A DNA stretch of 33,368 nt. It comes from an uncultured Oscillospiraceae bacterium (lineage in GTDB: Bacteria; Bacillota; Clostridia; UMGS1840). Shown one piece after another: positions 1 to 8,640 of the stretch. How positions within the stretch are numbered: the first letter of the stretch is position 1; the number at the start of each line of letters is the position of its first letter. The notes beneath the pieces were generated by a model, which had not been told where the DNA came from, ran no database searches, and was given only the letters and a program-made list of their open reading frames with translations. The position numbers were made by a program, and so were the translations under genes. The stretch lies in the NCBI GenBank assembly GCA_964410755.1, contig CAYPIJ010000003.1:1-33368 (forward strand), written 5' to 3'.

Positions 1-31
1 ATGTATGTATGTATGTATGTATGTATGTATG
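1..31. repeat. (ATGT)n tetranucleotide microsatellite, 7 full units plus atg, abutting the window edge (may continue upstream)
   Basis: Direct reading: atgt x7 then atg, followed by unique sequence gagcgatttt. Confidence 0.95.
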
Positions 32-54
32 AGCGATTTTACATTATTTGCCAT
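1..54 (-). CDS. Possible 5' end of a leftward ORF (MANNVKSL, then the IHTY-type translation of the ACAT repeats); product unknown, truncated by the window edge
   Basis: The minus strand reads AAAGGA-11 nt-ATG GCA AAT AAT GTA AAA TCG CTC ATA CAT ACA TAC and runs straight into the repeat. Two promoter-like elements lie upstream. Alternative reading: a plus-strand ORF through the repeat stops at 100-102. Confidence 0.2.
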   Translation of the reverse strand, partial: MANNVKSLIHTYIHTYIH

Positions 55-95
55 ATCTTGTCAAGTCCTTTCGTAAAAAATATTATATTTTGTGT

Positions 96-124
96 ATTAT
101 AGCATATATTTCATAAAAAATCAA
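96..124 (-). promoter_or_regulatory. Sigma-A-like promoter TTGATT-17 nt-TATAAT with TGc extended -10, pointing left toward the repeat tract
   Basis: The minus strand reads ttgattttttatgaaatatatgctataat. The -10 is at 96-101 and the -35 at 119-124. A second candidate, TTGACA-17-TAAAAT, has its -35 at 59-64 and -10 at 36-41. Confidence 0.45.
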
Positions 125-175
125 TATATTTGGGTTTATTTCGTCATTTTGCACTATAATTTTTTTGTAAAATTA

Positions 176-211
176 AAAAAATATCTACCGATTATGAGGT
201 AGATATTTTTT
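176..211 (-). terminator. Bidirectional intrinsic terminator downstream of serA
   Basis: 14-bp perfect arms aaaaaatatctacc / ggtagatatttttt with an 8-nt loop. A- and T-runs give a U-tract on either strand. It lies 15 nt past the serA stop. Confidence 0.8.
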
Positions 212-225
212 GGTTATAATATTTT

Positions 226-1383
226 TTAGTCAATAATTCTTACTCTGATAACACCATCTATTTTCATAAAATCTTCTGTCATAACGGCAGGGATTTCACC
301 GATAACGTCAATCATGGTGCAAGCAATATCTTTTTTAGACTTATTTATCATATTTTCAATATTCATAGAAAGTTTTGAAAATTCGTCTGTGATTTTTGTT
401 ATCATTGAAGGCACGTTTTTATGGAAAAGAATAACTCTTTTTCCCTCACCTCTCGGCATGGAAACAGCAGGGAAGTTTACGGAATTTACAATATTACCGT
501 TTTCAAGGTAATCTCTTGTCTGTTTAACTGCCATTCTTGCACAATTATCTTCTGATTCGTTTGTTGATGCACCCAAATGAGGAGTTGCGATAACGCCTTT
601 ATAATTTGCAATATCACCATCGGGAAAATCTGTAACATAAGTGCAAACTTTACCGCTGTCAAGACCTTTTTTTACAGCTTCCGTATTAACAAGACCGCCA
701 CGAGCGAAATTGAGGATTGTTACGCCCTCTTTCATCATTTCGATTGCGTTTTCGTCGATTGTATCTTTTGTGTCCGGTGTGAAAGGAACGTGGATTGTGA
801 TAAAATCGGATTCCTTAAAAATTTCGTCCAAGGTTGTTGCTTTTTTAACGTGTCTTGAAAGCTTCCAAGCAGCATCAATTGAAATATAGGGGTCATAACC
901 GATAACGTCCATACCGAGTTTTACAGCCTCGTTTGCAACCATATTTCCGATTGCACCCAAACCGATTACGCCCAAGGTTTTACCCTCGATTTCCTGTCCA
1001 ACAAATTGGCTTTTGCCTTTTTCAACCTGTTTTGCAACGTCCTCTGTAAGAGTTTTTGCCCATTCAACACCGGCAATAACATTTCTTGAAGACATCAAAA
1101 GACCTGCAATAACAAGTTCTTTTACTGCGTTTGCATTTGCACCGGGTGTATTGAAAACAACAATACCTTTTTCTGTGCATTTATCGATGGGAATGTTGTT
1201 TACACCTGCACCTGCTCTCGCAATACACAAAAGATCGTCGGAAAAGTCCATATCGTGCATTGCGGCACTACGAACCAAAATACCGTTTGCTGTTTCCACG
1301 TTGTCGGAAACTTCGTATGTATCGGGGCATAAGCAATTCATACCCACCTGTGAAATTTTATTAAGAGTTCCTATTTTAAACAT
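226..1383 (-). CDS. serA: D-3-phosphoglycerate dehydrogenase (2-hydroxyacid dehydrogenase fold plus C-terminal ACT-like domain)
   Basis: 385-aa ORF with a Rossmann motif GVIGLGAIGNMV and a typical SerA-like N-terminal sequence. It is adjacent to serC, and an AAAGGA RBS lies upstream. Confidence 0.92.
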   Translation of the reverse strand: MFKIGTLNKISQVGMNCLCPDTYEVSDNVETANGILVRSAAMHDMDFSDDLLCIARAGAGVNNIPIDKCTEKGIVVFNTPGANANAVKELVIAGLLMSSRNVIAGVEWAKTLTEDVAKQVEKGKSQFVGQEIEGKTLGVIGLGAIGNMVANEAVKLGMDVIGYDPYISIDAAWKLSRHVKKATTLDEIFKESDFITIHVPFTPDTKDTIDENAIEMMKEGVTILNFARGGLVNTEAVKKGLDSGKVCTYVTDFPDGDIANYKGVIATPHLGASTNESEDNCARMAVKQTRDYLENGNIVNSVNFPAVSMPRGEGKRVILFHKNVPSMITKITDEFSKLSMNIENMINKSKKDIACTMIDVIGEIPAVMTEDFMKIDGVIRVRIID

Positions 1384-1412
1384 AATTAAAAAGTCCTTTC
1401 ATTACTAAAAGC

Positions 1413-2492
1413 CTATTTATTTTTGGCTTCAAATTTTTTCATAAATTCTACAAGAGCTTTAACACCCTCAACAGGCATAGCATTGTAGATACTTGCTCTC
1501 ATACCGCCTACAGTTCTGTGACCCGCAAGATTTACAAAGCCGGCGTCCTTAGCTTCGGCAATAAATTTTTTGTTAAGTTCGTCACTTGGTGACAAGAACG
1601 GAACGTTCATAAGTGAACGGTCTTCTTTTACAACAGTTCCTTTGAAGAAATCGGAAGAATCAAGGTAATCGTAAAGAATTTTTGCTTTTTCAACATTTGT
1701 TTTTTCAATTGCCTTTACTCCGCCCATATTTTTAATCCATTCCAAAACAAGTTTGCAAATATAGATTGAATATGTCGGTGGTGTGTTGTACATTGAGCCG
1801 TTATCTGCGTGAATTTGGTAGTTGAACATAATAGGAGTATTTTCTCTTGCGTTACCAACCAAATCTTTTCTTATGATAACAACAGTCAAGCCTGCAGGTC
1901 CGATATTTTTCTGTGCACCTGCATAAAGCATACCGAATTTTGTTACATCAAGTTCTTCAGACAAAATGCAAGAAGAAATATCTGCAACCAAAGGAACGTC
2001 ACCTGTATCGGGAATATTGTTGTATTTTGTTCCGTAAATTGTGTTATTCAAAGTGATATGTACATAATCCGCATCGGGTCTGAACATAGATTTTTCAAGT
2101 TTTGGAATATAGGAAAATGTTTTATCCTTACTTGAAGCAACAGCGTAAGCATCACCGTAACGGCTACCTTCTTCATAAGCTTTTTTAGCCCACTGTCCTG
2201 TTATAACATAGTCAGCTTTTCCTGTTTTCATAAGGTTCAAAGGAATCATAGAAAACTGTGAAGATGCACCGCCCTGCAAGAACAAAACGTAATAATCGTC
2301 GGGAATATTCATAAGAGAACGCATAAGGCTTTCAGCTTCTTCAATAATTCCTTTATAAGCGGCACTTCTGTGGCTCATTTCCATAACGGACATACCTGTA
2401 CCGCCGTAATTTGTCATTTCTTCAGATGCTTTTTTCAAAACATCAAGGGGCAACATAGATGGCCCTGCACTAAAATTGTAAACTCTTTCCAT
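1413..2492 (-). CDS. serC: Phosphoserine aminotransferase
   Basis: 359-aa ORF starting MERVYNFSAGPSMLP with GGASSQF, a SerC-type class V aminotransferase signature. It is followed by serA 29 nt downstream. Confidence 0.95.
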   Translation of the reverse strand: MERVYNFSAGPSMLPLDVLKKASEEMTNYGGTGMSVMEMSHRSAAYKGIIEEAESLMRSLMNIPDDYYVLFLQGGASSQFSMIPLNLMKTGKADYVITGQWAKKAYEEGSRYGDAYAVASSKDKTFSYIPKLEKSMFRPDADYVHITLNNTIYGTKYNNIPDTGDVPLVADISSCILSEELDVTKFGMLYAGAQKNIGPAGLTVVIIRKDLVGNARENTPIMFNYQIHADNGSMYNTPPTYSIYICKLVLEWIKNMGGVKAIEKTNVEKAKILYDYLDSSDFFKGTVVKEDRSLMNVPFLSPSDELNKKFIAEAKDAGFVNLAGHRTVGGMRASIYNAMPVEGVKALVEFMKKFEAKNK

Positions 2493-2639
2493 TTATAATC
2501 ATCCTTTCTTTTTTAGCAAAGTGAAAATTTAATTTATTTTTATATATTTTCAAAAGACTTAAATAGTGTCTTTTAAATCAAAATTACTACATAGGCTCCC
2601 TTGTGTAAAGGGGCTTTTTATTAAGAAATTTATCGCAAT

Positions 2640-2686
2640 TATATATAAAAGTTCAATTCCGAAACTGTAGTTTTTCGGAATTGAAC
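2640..2686 (-). terminator. Intrinsic terminator of ftsZ
   Basis: Perfect 14-bp arms gttcaattccgaaa (2651-2664) and tttcggaattgaac (2673-2686). On the minus strand they are followed by TTTTATATATAATT. Confidence 0.8.
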
Positions 2687-2729
2687 TCTATGTAGTCATA
2701 TTTTTACAAGATTTAAATAGTACAACATC

Positions 2730-3908
2730 TTAGTTCAATGAAGATAACCAAGGTGGTAAATCCAAATCGTCGTCATCATCCGAAACACTTTTTTGGTTGA
2801 GTGCGTTTACTGCACTATCAACAGCACTTTCATCGCTTTGGGAACTTGACTCTTGGGAGGCTCCCACTGAAGAAGTGCTATATCTCATTGTGTCCTGGGA
2901 TGAGGAGTTTTTAAAATTGGGAAATGTGAGAGTGTCTTTAAATTTGGTCTGTCTATCTGAAAATCCTGTAGCAACGATAGTAACACTTACATCATCACCC
3001 ATATCTTCATTTGTTACAGCACCCCAAATAACAGTACATTCGGGATCAACCATAGACTGAACAAGTGAACCTGCTTCATTGACTTCCATAAGTCCCAAAT
3101 TATCACTGCCGGTAACGTTTATTATAAGTCCCTTTGCACCTTCAATTGAAGTTTCCAAAAGCGGGCTCGAAATAGCCATTTTAACAGCTTCAATAACTCT
3201 GTTTTCACCACTTGCTCTACCTGTACCCATGTGAGCATAGCCTGTATTTTTCATAATAGTTTGAACATCGGCAAAGTCGGTATTTACATCACCGGAAACA
3301 AGAATAATATCACTGATACCTTGTACACCTTGTCTCAAAACATCATCAGCCATTTTAAAAGCCTGTTTAAGCGTGGTATTTTTGTCGGAAACGCTTAAAA
3401 GTTTATCATTTGGAATAACGATAAGAGCATCAACATTCTCTTTCAAAGCTTCAATACCTTTTTTTGCGGAATTAGCCTTTTTTATTCCTTCAAAACCAAA
3501 AGGTTTTGTTACAACACCAACAGTAAGAATACCGAGTTCTTTTGCTATTGAAGCAACAACAGGAGCAGCACCTGTTCCTGTACCGCCGCCCATACCCGCG
3601 GTAACAAATACCATGTCGGCCCCCTGGAGTTCCTTTGCGATTTCTTCTTTGTTTTCTTCTGCGGCTTTTTCACCGATTTCAGGGTTTGCACCTGCCCCCA
3701 AGCCTTTTGTAAGCTTTTCACCTATTTGTATTTTTACGTCTGCTTTTGAATTTGACAATGTTGCAAAGTCCGTATTTGCGGCAATAAACTGCACAAGTGC
3801 CAAATTATTTTCTATCATATTGTTTACGGCGTTATTACCTGCGCCACCCACACCGAAAACTTTAATAACAGCCGGTTGTGTTGCGCTCATCATTGATGGA
3901 ATAGGCAT
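2730..3908 (-). CDS. ftsZ: Cell division GTPase FtsZ
   Basis: Tubulin signature [22 protein letters not shown], and the C-terminal peptide [11 protein letters not shown] chose the start at 3908 (MPIPS...) because AGGAGG lies 7 nt upstream. The ORF-track start at 3941 lacks an RBS. Confidence 0.97.
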   Translation of the reverse strand: MPIPSMMSATQPAVIKVFGVGGAGNNAVNNMIENNLALVQFIAANTDFATLSNSKADVKIQIGEKLTKGLGAGANPEIGEKAAEENKEEIAKELQGADMVFVTAGMGGGTGTGAAPVVASIAKELGILTVGVVTKPFGFEGIKKANSAKKGIEALKENVDALIVIPNDKLLSVSDKNTTLKQAFKMADDVLRQGVQGISDIILVSGDVNTDFADVQTIMKNTGYAHMGTGRASGENRVIEAVKMAISSPLLETSIEGAKGLIINVTGSDNLGLMEVNEAGSLVQSMVDPECTVIWGAVTNEDMGDDVSVTIVATGFSDRQTKFKDTLTFPNFKNSSSQDTMRYSTSSVGASQESSSQSDESAVDSAVNALNQKSVSDDDDDLDLPPWLSSLN

Positions 3909-3962
3909 AATTTTACCTCCTAATATATTTTTATTTTGCATAATTACACATAACTTCTATTT

Positions 3963-3991
3963 ATTATAACACGATTGTAAATAAATTTCAA
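3963..3991 (-). promoter_or_regulatory. Near-consensus sigma-A promoter for ftsZ: TTGAAA-17 nt-TATAAT with TGt extended -10
   Basis: The minus strand reads cttgaaatttatttacaatcgtgttataat. The -10 is at 3963-3968 and the -35 at 3986-3991. Confidence 0.6.
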
Positions 3992-4038
3992 GTGTATTTT
4001 ACAATTTTATTAAAATTTTTTTCTTTTTTTTGCATTTT

Positions 4039-4476
4039 TTAAATTTCTTCGGGTTCAATATCCGATTTTTCTTCAATTTCGTTTGTTTCTTGTTTTTCGA
4101 TTTCCTCTTTTTTGGCTCTTTCGGCTTCAGCTTTCTTTTTTTCCGTATATTCCAATATTATATGGTGACGAACGAAAGCAAAGTTATTGAAAATTCGAGT
4201 TCCGAAAATAACAATTACGGCAATATAAAGGTCAATTCCTATTTTTTCTCCCAAAAGTATAATTATAACAGCCAAAAGTGCATTTCCCACAAGGCCGGAA
4301 ACAAAAATTGCCATATTAAAGCTTTTTTTAAAAAAAGCATTCATTCCGCCGAATACGGAATCCAGTGCCGCCAAAATCGCAGCCGCAACATATACGGTTG
4401 AGCTTGGAGTAACAACCCACGGTAAAAAAACACCTACGGCAACACCTATCAAAATACCTATAACCGCAAAAATCAT
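4039..4476 (-). CDS. sbp: Small basic protein Sbp family (DUF1290) membrane protein with an acidic/charged C-terminal tail
   Basis: 145 aa with three or four hydrophobic helices. It sits after a DUF881 gene and before ftsZ, as in B. subtilis ylxW-ylxX-sbp. Its start overlaps the upstream gene by 4 nt (ATGA). Confidence 0.7.
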   Translation of the reverse strand: MIFAVIGILIGVAVGVFLPWVVTPSSTVYVAAAILAALDSVFGGMNAFFKKSFNMAIFVSGLVGNALLAVIIILLGEKIGIDLYIAVIVIFGTRIFNNFAFVRHHIILEYTEKKKAEAERAKKEEIEKQETNEIEEKSDIEPEEI

Positions 4477-5225
4477 TTTTTCTCACCTCCGCTTTGAGTG
4501 GAACTGTCAACAGGTGTGGCATATTTAAAGCTTATGGCACCTTTATAAGCAGGAACGGTTATATTTTCCGACTTTTTAATGTCAAACTCAAAACCATAGC
4601 CTGCAAGCTCCGACACAATACCGCCTCTGAACAAAAGAGCGGATTCAAGCGTGTCGCTGTCACCTATTGCATTAATTATAAAAGGTGTTGAAATTCTTAC
4701 ATTATTCACGCTTATAACACTTCCCACACATCTTATTTCGGAAAGTGCCGTAAGTCTTTCACCGTTTATGGAAATCGCTTCCGCACCGGCATCTCTAAGC
4801 TCATTTACAACAAGCAAAATGTCGGAATCGTGCAAAATATAAAGATTATCCGAGCCTTCCGTTGTGGAAGCATATTTGCTGTCGGTCATTTTCACAATTA
4901 CACCTTTACCGGTAACTTCCTTAAGACCGGACAAAATTTCGGCATTGTCAAGTTGTTCTTTCAAAAGCTTTGCCGTTGTGTTTGTGTCGTTTGCCGCATC
5001 TTTATAACGCTCCAAATCGTTGGAAACACGCAAATAATCGTTCCAAAGTGCATCGTTTTTTTCTTTTTCTTTTTGGTATAAATTTTGAAGTTCCGCAGAT
5101 CTCAAACCAACAAGAGTACCTTGTCCTTGATTAAGTCTTACGCTTTTTAATTGCCAAGTTATAACAAAAGCCAAAATGCTTAAAACTATGGCAATGGATA
5201 TTTTTGCTTTATATTCATTTTTCAT
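4473..5225 (-). CDS. DUF881 family (YlxW/YlxX-like) division-associated membrane protein
   Basis: N-terminal TM helix ISIAIVLSILAFVITW, a coiled region and a C-terminal beta-rich domain, with conserved position after ftsQ. The start is uncertain. M at 5225 gives an 11-nt overlap with ftsQ, whereas the longest ORF (5297) would overlap ftsQ by 83 nt. Confidence 0.7.
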   Translation of the reverse strand: MKNEYKAKISIAIVLSILAFVITWQLKSVRLNQGQGTLVGLRSAELQNLYQKEKEKNDALWNDYLRVSNDLERYKDAANDTNTTAKLLKEQLDNAEILSGLKEVTGKGVIVKMTDSKYASTTEGSDNLYILHDSDILLVVNELRDAGAEAISINGERLTALSEIRCVGSVISVNNVRISTPFIINAIGDSDTLESALLFRGGIVSELAGYGFEFDIKKSENITVPAYKGAISFKYATPVDSSTQSGGEKK

Positions 5226-6090
5226 CTTCCGTAAACACCGCCTTATATTCTTCAACAAATTCCAATTTTCCCGTTTTTTCTTCCGGTATGGAATCATAAA
5301 CCTCTTTTATGAATTTTATTCTGTAAGACAAATTATTGCCTTCACCCAAATCACATATTATTCCTCTTTTTAAATTCACATACATACTTGTTTTTTTTGC
5401 ATATATGCTTTCCACGTTTTCCGTCATTTGGTTTTCGCTTATTTCTCGTGACAAAAGAAGAAGCTTTTCAAACATTTTTTTATCTTCCGTTTTTACGATA
5501 CCGCCAACTTCAAACTCACTGACGTTTACATCCTTTATACACGGTAAATTGTATTTTTCAACCTTTGATGCCGTATCCAAAATTTTACCGTTTTTATCAA
5601 CAATCAAATAAAGTGATTGCCCACAAGAAATTTGTGCTGTAGGAACACATTCTTGAATGTGAATTTGCACACCTGTGGGAAAGGTTCGTTTCACCTTTGC
5701 AACGTCCACAAAGCTTAAATTTTCAAGTTCACTGACTGCCTTTTTCGTTTGAAATATGAAAATATTGCTGTTTTTCAGTATTCCGCTCGCTTCGATTATT
5801 TGCTCTTTTGAAAGGTAGGAATTTCCCGAAACGGAAATGGTTTTAATGTTGAAAACGGGTGTCAATAAAACTCCGACTACGCAGAACAAAACAAGAATTA
5901 TTTTCAAAAAATTGTGTCGTCTTTTGATTTTTGCGTTTCGTTTTTGTTTTCGTGCTTCTTTATTGGCAACATAAGTCCCCTCGCTGTAACCCGATTCGAC
6001 ATCTTCGCCCATTTCATATTCCGTAAGCATTTCGTTGTCATTTTCGTTTTCAAAGTTTCCGTCTTTGTAATTAAGCTCGTCCACTCTCAT
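5215..6090 (-). CDS. ftsQ: Cell division protein FtsQ/DivIB (POTRA domain)
   Basis: 291 aa with an acidic/basic cytoplasmic head, a single TM helix (ILVLFCVVGVLLTPVF) and a POTRA-like stretch IKTISVSGNSYLSKEQI. It sits in the usual dcw position. Confidence 0.8.
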   Translation of the reverse strand: MRVDELNYKDGNFENENDNEMLTEYEMGEDVESGYSEGTYVANKEARKQKRNAKIKRRHNFLKIILVLFCVVGVLLTPVFNIKTISVSGNSYLSKEQIIEASGILKNSNIFIFQTKKAVSELENLSFVDVAKVKRTFPTGVQIHIQECVPTAQISCGQSLYLIVDKNGKILDTASKVEKYNLPCIKDVNVSEFEVGGIVKTEDKKMFEKLLLLSREISENQMTENVESIYAKKTSMYVNLKRGIICDLGEGNNLSYRIKFIKEVYDSIPEEKTGKLEFVEEYKAVFTEDEK

Positions 6091-6126
6091 TTTTAACGCT
6101 TCTCCTTTCCTTATTTTTTATATTTC

Positions 6127-6155
6127 GGGGCAATTTTTCTTTTAAAAATCGCCCC
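6127..6155 (-). other. Stem-loop between murA and ftsQ without a U-tract (possible processing or attenuation hairpin)
   Basis: Arms ggggcaattttt / aaaaatcgcccc with one A-C mismatch and a 5-nt loop. No T-run follows on the transcribed strand. Confidence 0.4.
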
Positions 6156-6162
6156 AAAGCAA

Positions 6163-7416
6163 CTATTTTTCTTCTGTTATATCTGCACCCAAATTTTTAA
6201 GCTTTTGAGTGATATTTTCGTAACCTCTTATTATATGGTGTGTATCTTCCACAACAACTTTGTCTTTAATTCCCAAAGCTGCAACAATCAAAGATGCACC
6301 GGCTCTCAAATCACCGGCTTTAACAACTCCGCCTTTCATTTCATCAATATTTCCTGTAATTTTCAAAGTATTACCGAAAACATTAATATTTGCTCCCAAT
6401 TTTCTGAGCTCGTTTACATGGTTAAAGCGCTTTTCAAAAATATTTTCAACTATCATACTTGTGCCTTTAGCATTAAGCAAGGCAGAAGTCACAACAGGTT
6501 GTGCATCTGTGGGAAAGCCGGGATATGGTAACGTTGAAATCATATCTGTTGCTTTCAATTTTTTCGGTGAAATGAAGGTTATATCATTTCCTTTTTCCAA
6601 AATCTTGCAACCTGCCTGTTCAAAAGCCGTTATTGTGCTTCGCATATCGTTGCAAGGTGCATTTTCGATTTTCACTGTACTTCCCGTAACGGCTGCCGCC
6701 GCCATATAGGTGGCACATTCTATTCTGTCGGATCGAACGGTATATTCGCAATCCCTGAAATTTTTGTCTTTTCTTACGATTATCTTTTCGCTTCCCGCAC
6801 CCTCAACAATTGCACCGGCACAATTCAAAAACTCCGCAAGCTCTATTATTTCAGGTTCTTTTGCAACATTTTTGATGATAACATCTTCTTTTGATGCCAA
6901 AGAAGCCAAAATTATATTTTCGGTTGCTCCTATGCTGGGAAACGGAAGCGTATATTCACCGCCTTTTATATTTTCGGCGTCAAAATCCAAGCAACCATCT
7001 TTTTCCGTAAGGTTTGCACCCATTTTTCTTAAAATGTCGATATGAATATCGATGGGTCTTTTTCCAAGTTCACAGCCACCGGGATAGCATATTGTGCCGT
7101 TTCCTTTTACGGCTATAAATGAACCTAAAAAAATTATTGAAGAACGAAGTGCACTCATAAGCTCCTTTGGAACTTCTTTTATAACGCTTTCGGAAGAATC
7201 AACCGCCAAAGTTCCTTTATCGTAGCAAACACGACAACCGAGATATTGCAAAATTCTGATTGTTGATGCAACATCGCTTAAACGAGGGCAATTATGAATA
7301 ATACTTTTCTTTTTTGTAACAACGGTAGTTGCCAAAATGGGAAGAACCGCATTTTTCGAACCCGAAATTTTTACACTTCCCTTTAATTCTTTACCACCGT
7401 TTATTATGTATTTCAT
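6163..7416 (-). CDS. murA: UDP-N-acetylglucosamine 1-carboxyvinyltransferase
   Basis: 417 aa starting MKYIINGGKELKGSVKISGSKNAVLPIL, with an active-site region PGGCELGKRPIDIH of MurA type. Confidence 0.93.
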   Translation of the reverse strand: MKYIINGGKELKGSVKISGSKNAVLPILATTVVTKKKSIIHNCPRLSDVASTIRILQYLGCRVCYDKGTLAVDSSESVIKEVPKELMSALRSSIIFLGSFIAVKGNGTICYPGGCELGKRPIDIHIDILRKMGANLTEKDGCLDFDAENIKGGEYTLPFPSIGATENIILASLASKEDVIIKNVAKEPEIIELAEFLNCAGAIVEGAGSEKIIVRKDKNFRDCEYTVRSDRIECATYMAAAAVTGSTVKIENAPCNDMRSTITAFEQAGCKILEKGNDITFISPKKLKATDMISTLPYPGFPTDAQPVVTSALLNAKGTSMIVENIFEKRFNHVNELRKLGANINVFGNTLKITGNIDEMKGGVVKAGDLRAGASLIVAALGIKDKVVVEDTHHIIRGYENITQKLKNLGADITEEK

Positions 7417-7493
7417 ATAAATTCCGCACCTTTCGCATTTTTAATTTTTTCATACTTCAATTATATGAAAATATGCAAAAAGTGTGAAAAATA

Positions 7494-8582
7494 TCAACCT
7501 ACAATACTTTCCAAAACGTCATAAATACGTTTTGCGGAATCCGTCACTGCCAAAGGTTCAAGATTTTTTTCCATTTGTTTAAGCTTATCATTGTCGCAAA
7601 CAAGCTCTTTTATGGTTTTATAAAGCAAATCTCCATTAAGGTCATTTTCTCTTATCATAACACCACCGTTTTTCGAGCTTACAACAAAAGCATTTTTCGT
7701 TTGATGGTCAGCCGTAACGTTTGGTGACGGAATAAGAACCGACGGTGTTTTTGAAGCACATATTTCGCTTACCGTCATTGCCCCGGCTCTTGTAATTGCC
7801 AAATCGCAAGCACAAAGCACATCAGGCATATTATCTATATATTCTTTCAAAATTACATTTTTATTATCTTTTAATTTTTCAAAAACTCTCTCATAATAAC
7901 GTTTTCCCGTTCCCATATAGAAAACAATGTTGTCGTCATCAGAAACTTTTTCTGCAACCTCACAAAAAACTTCGTTAAGCTTTTGCGCACCCAAGCTTCC
8001 GCCAAAACAAAGAACTATTTTTTTATTTTTCGGAAATCCTAAACTTTCACGCAAATTTTCTTTATTATAATTAACGAATTCTCCCCTTACCGGGTTCCCC
8101 GTAACAACACATTTTTCGGGATTTTCCAAAAATTCCTTTGCTTTTTCAAATGCAAGACAATATTTTTGTGCATTTTTGGAAAGAAGTCTGTTAGTCAAAC
8201 CGGGATATGCATTTTGTTCGGTTATAACGTAAGGTTTTTTTACCTTTTTCACGGCTTCCATTGCCATAAAGCTTATATATCCGCCGCAAGAAATACCAAT
8301 ATCGGGCTTAAATTCTTTAACTTCTTTTAATATTCCCCTGTAAGCCTTATAATCTTCATAAAGTATGAAAAAATTTTTAAGAAGATTTTTCCTGTCAAGA
8401 CCTTTTGCCTTAAAAAGCTTATATCTTCCGCCACAATCGGGATAAAGTTTTTTTTCCAACGGTCCGTCCGAACCAATGAACAAAACTTCGTTATTTTTAT
8501 CTTTTTTTAAAATATATTTTCCAATGGCAATAGCCGGATTTATATGTCCGCCCGTTCCACCTGCGGAAATAACAACTCTCAT
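7494..8582 (-). CDS. murG: Undecaprenyldiphospho-muramoylpentapeptide beta-N-acetylglucosaminyltransferase
   Basis: MRVVISAGGTGGHINPAIAIG is a MurG N-terminal signature. I preferred the ATG at 8582 (AAAGG 9 nt upstream) to the TTG at 8624 used by the ORF track. Confidence 0.93.
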   Translation of the reverse strand: MRVVISAGGTGGHINPAIAIGKYILKKDKNNEVLFIGSDGPLEKKLYPDCGGRYKLFKAKGLDRKNLLKNFFILYEDYKAYRGILKEVKEFKPDIGISCGGYISFMAMEAVKKVKKPYVITEQNAYPGLTNRLLSKNAQKYCLAFEKAKEFLENPEKCVVTGNPVRGEFVNYNKENLRESLGFPKNKKIVLCFGGSLGAQKLNEVFCEVAEKVSDDDNIVFYMGTGKRYYERVFEKLKDNKNVILKEYIDNMPDVLCACDLAITRAGAMTVSEICASKTPSVLIPSPNVTADHQTKNAFVVSSKNGGVMIRENDLNGDLLYKTIKELVCDNDKLKQMEKNLEPLAVTDSAKRIYDVLESIVG

Positions 8583-8640
8583 TTTTCCATACCTTTCTTT
8601 TTTATTTTTTACACGACTTTTCAACTGAATACGGACAAAT

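Noticed and set aside
58-86. Plus-strand promoter-like TTGTCA-17-TATTAT that could drive a sRNA of about 120 nt ending at the 176-211 terminator.
   Set aside because: Its -35 is simply the palindromic partner of the minus-strand TTGACA. There is no further support, and such matches are frequent in AT-rich spacers. It cannot be excluded without transcript data.
2493-2650. Possible T-box or riboswitch leader upstream of serC-serA.
   Set aside because: Only about 160 nt are available. There is no T-box sequence (AATTAGGGTGGTACCGCG-like) and no specifier or antiterminator architecture, only weak AT-rich hairpins.
3373-3969. 198-aa plus-strand ORF antisense to ftsZ. Similar antisense ORFs occur at 1013-1408, 6260-6709, 8968-9519, 12186-12656, 15423-15785, 19297-19659 and 19966-20346.
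   Set aside because: Each lies entirely inside a well-supported conserved gene on the other strand. They have low-complexity or Cys/Phe-rich compositions typical of antisense frames in AT-rich DNA, and lack RBS or promoter support.
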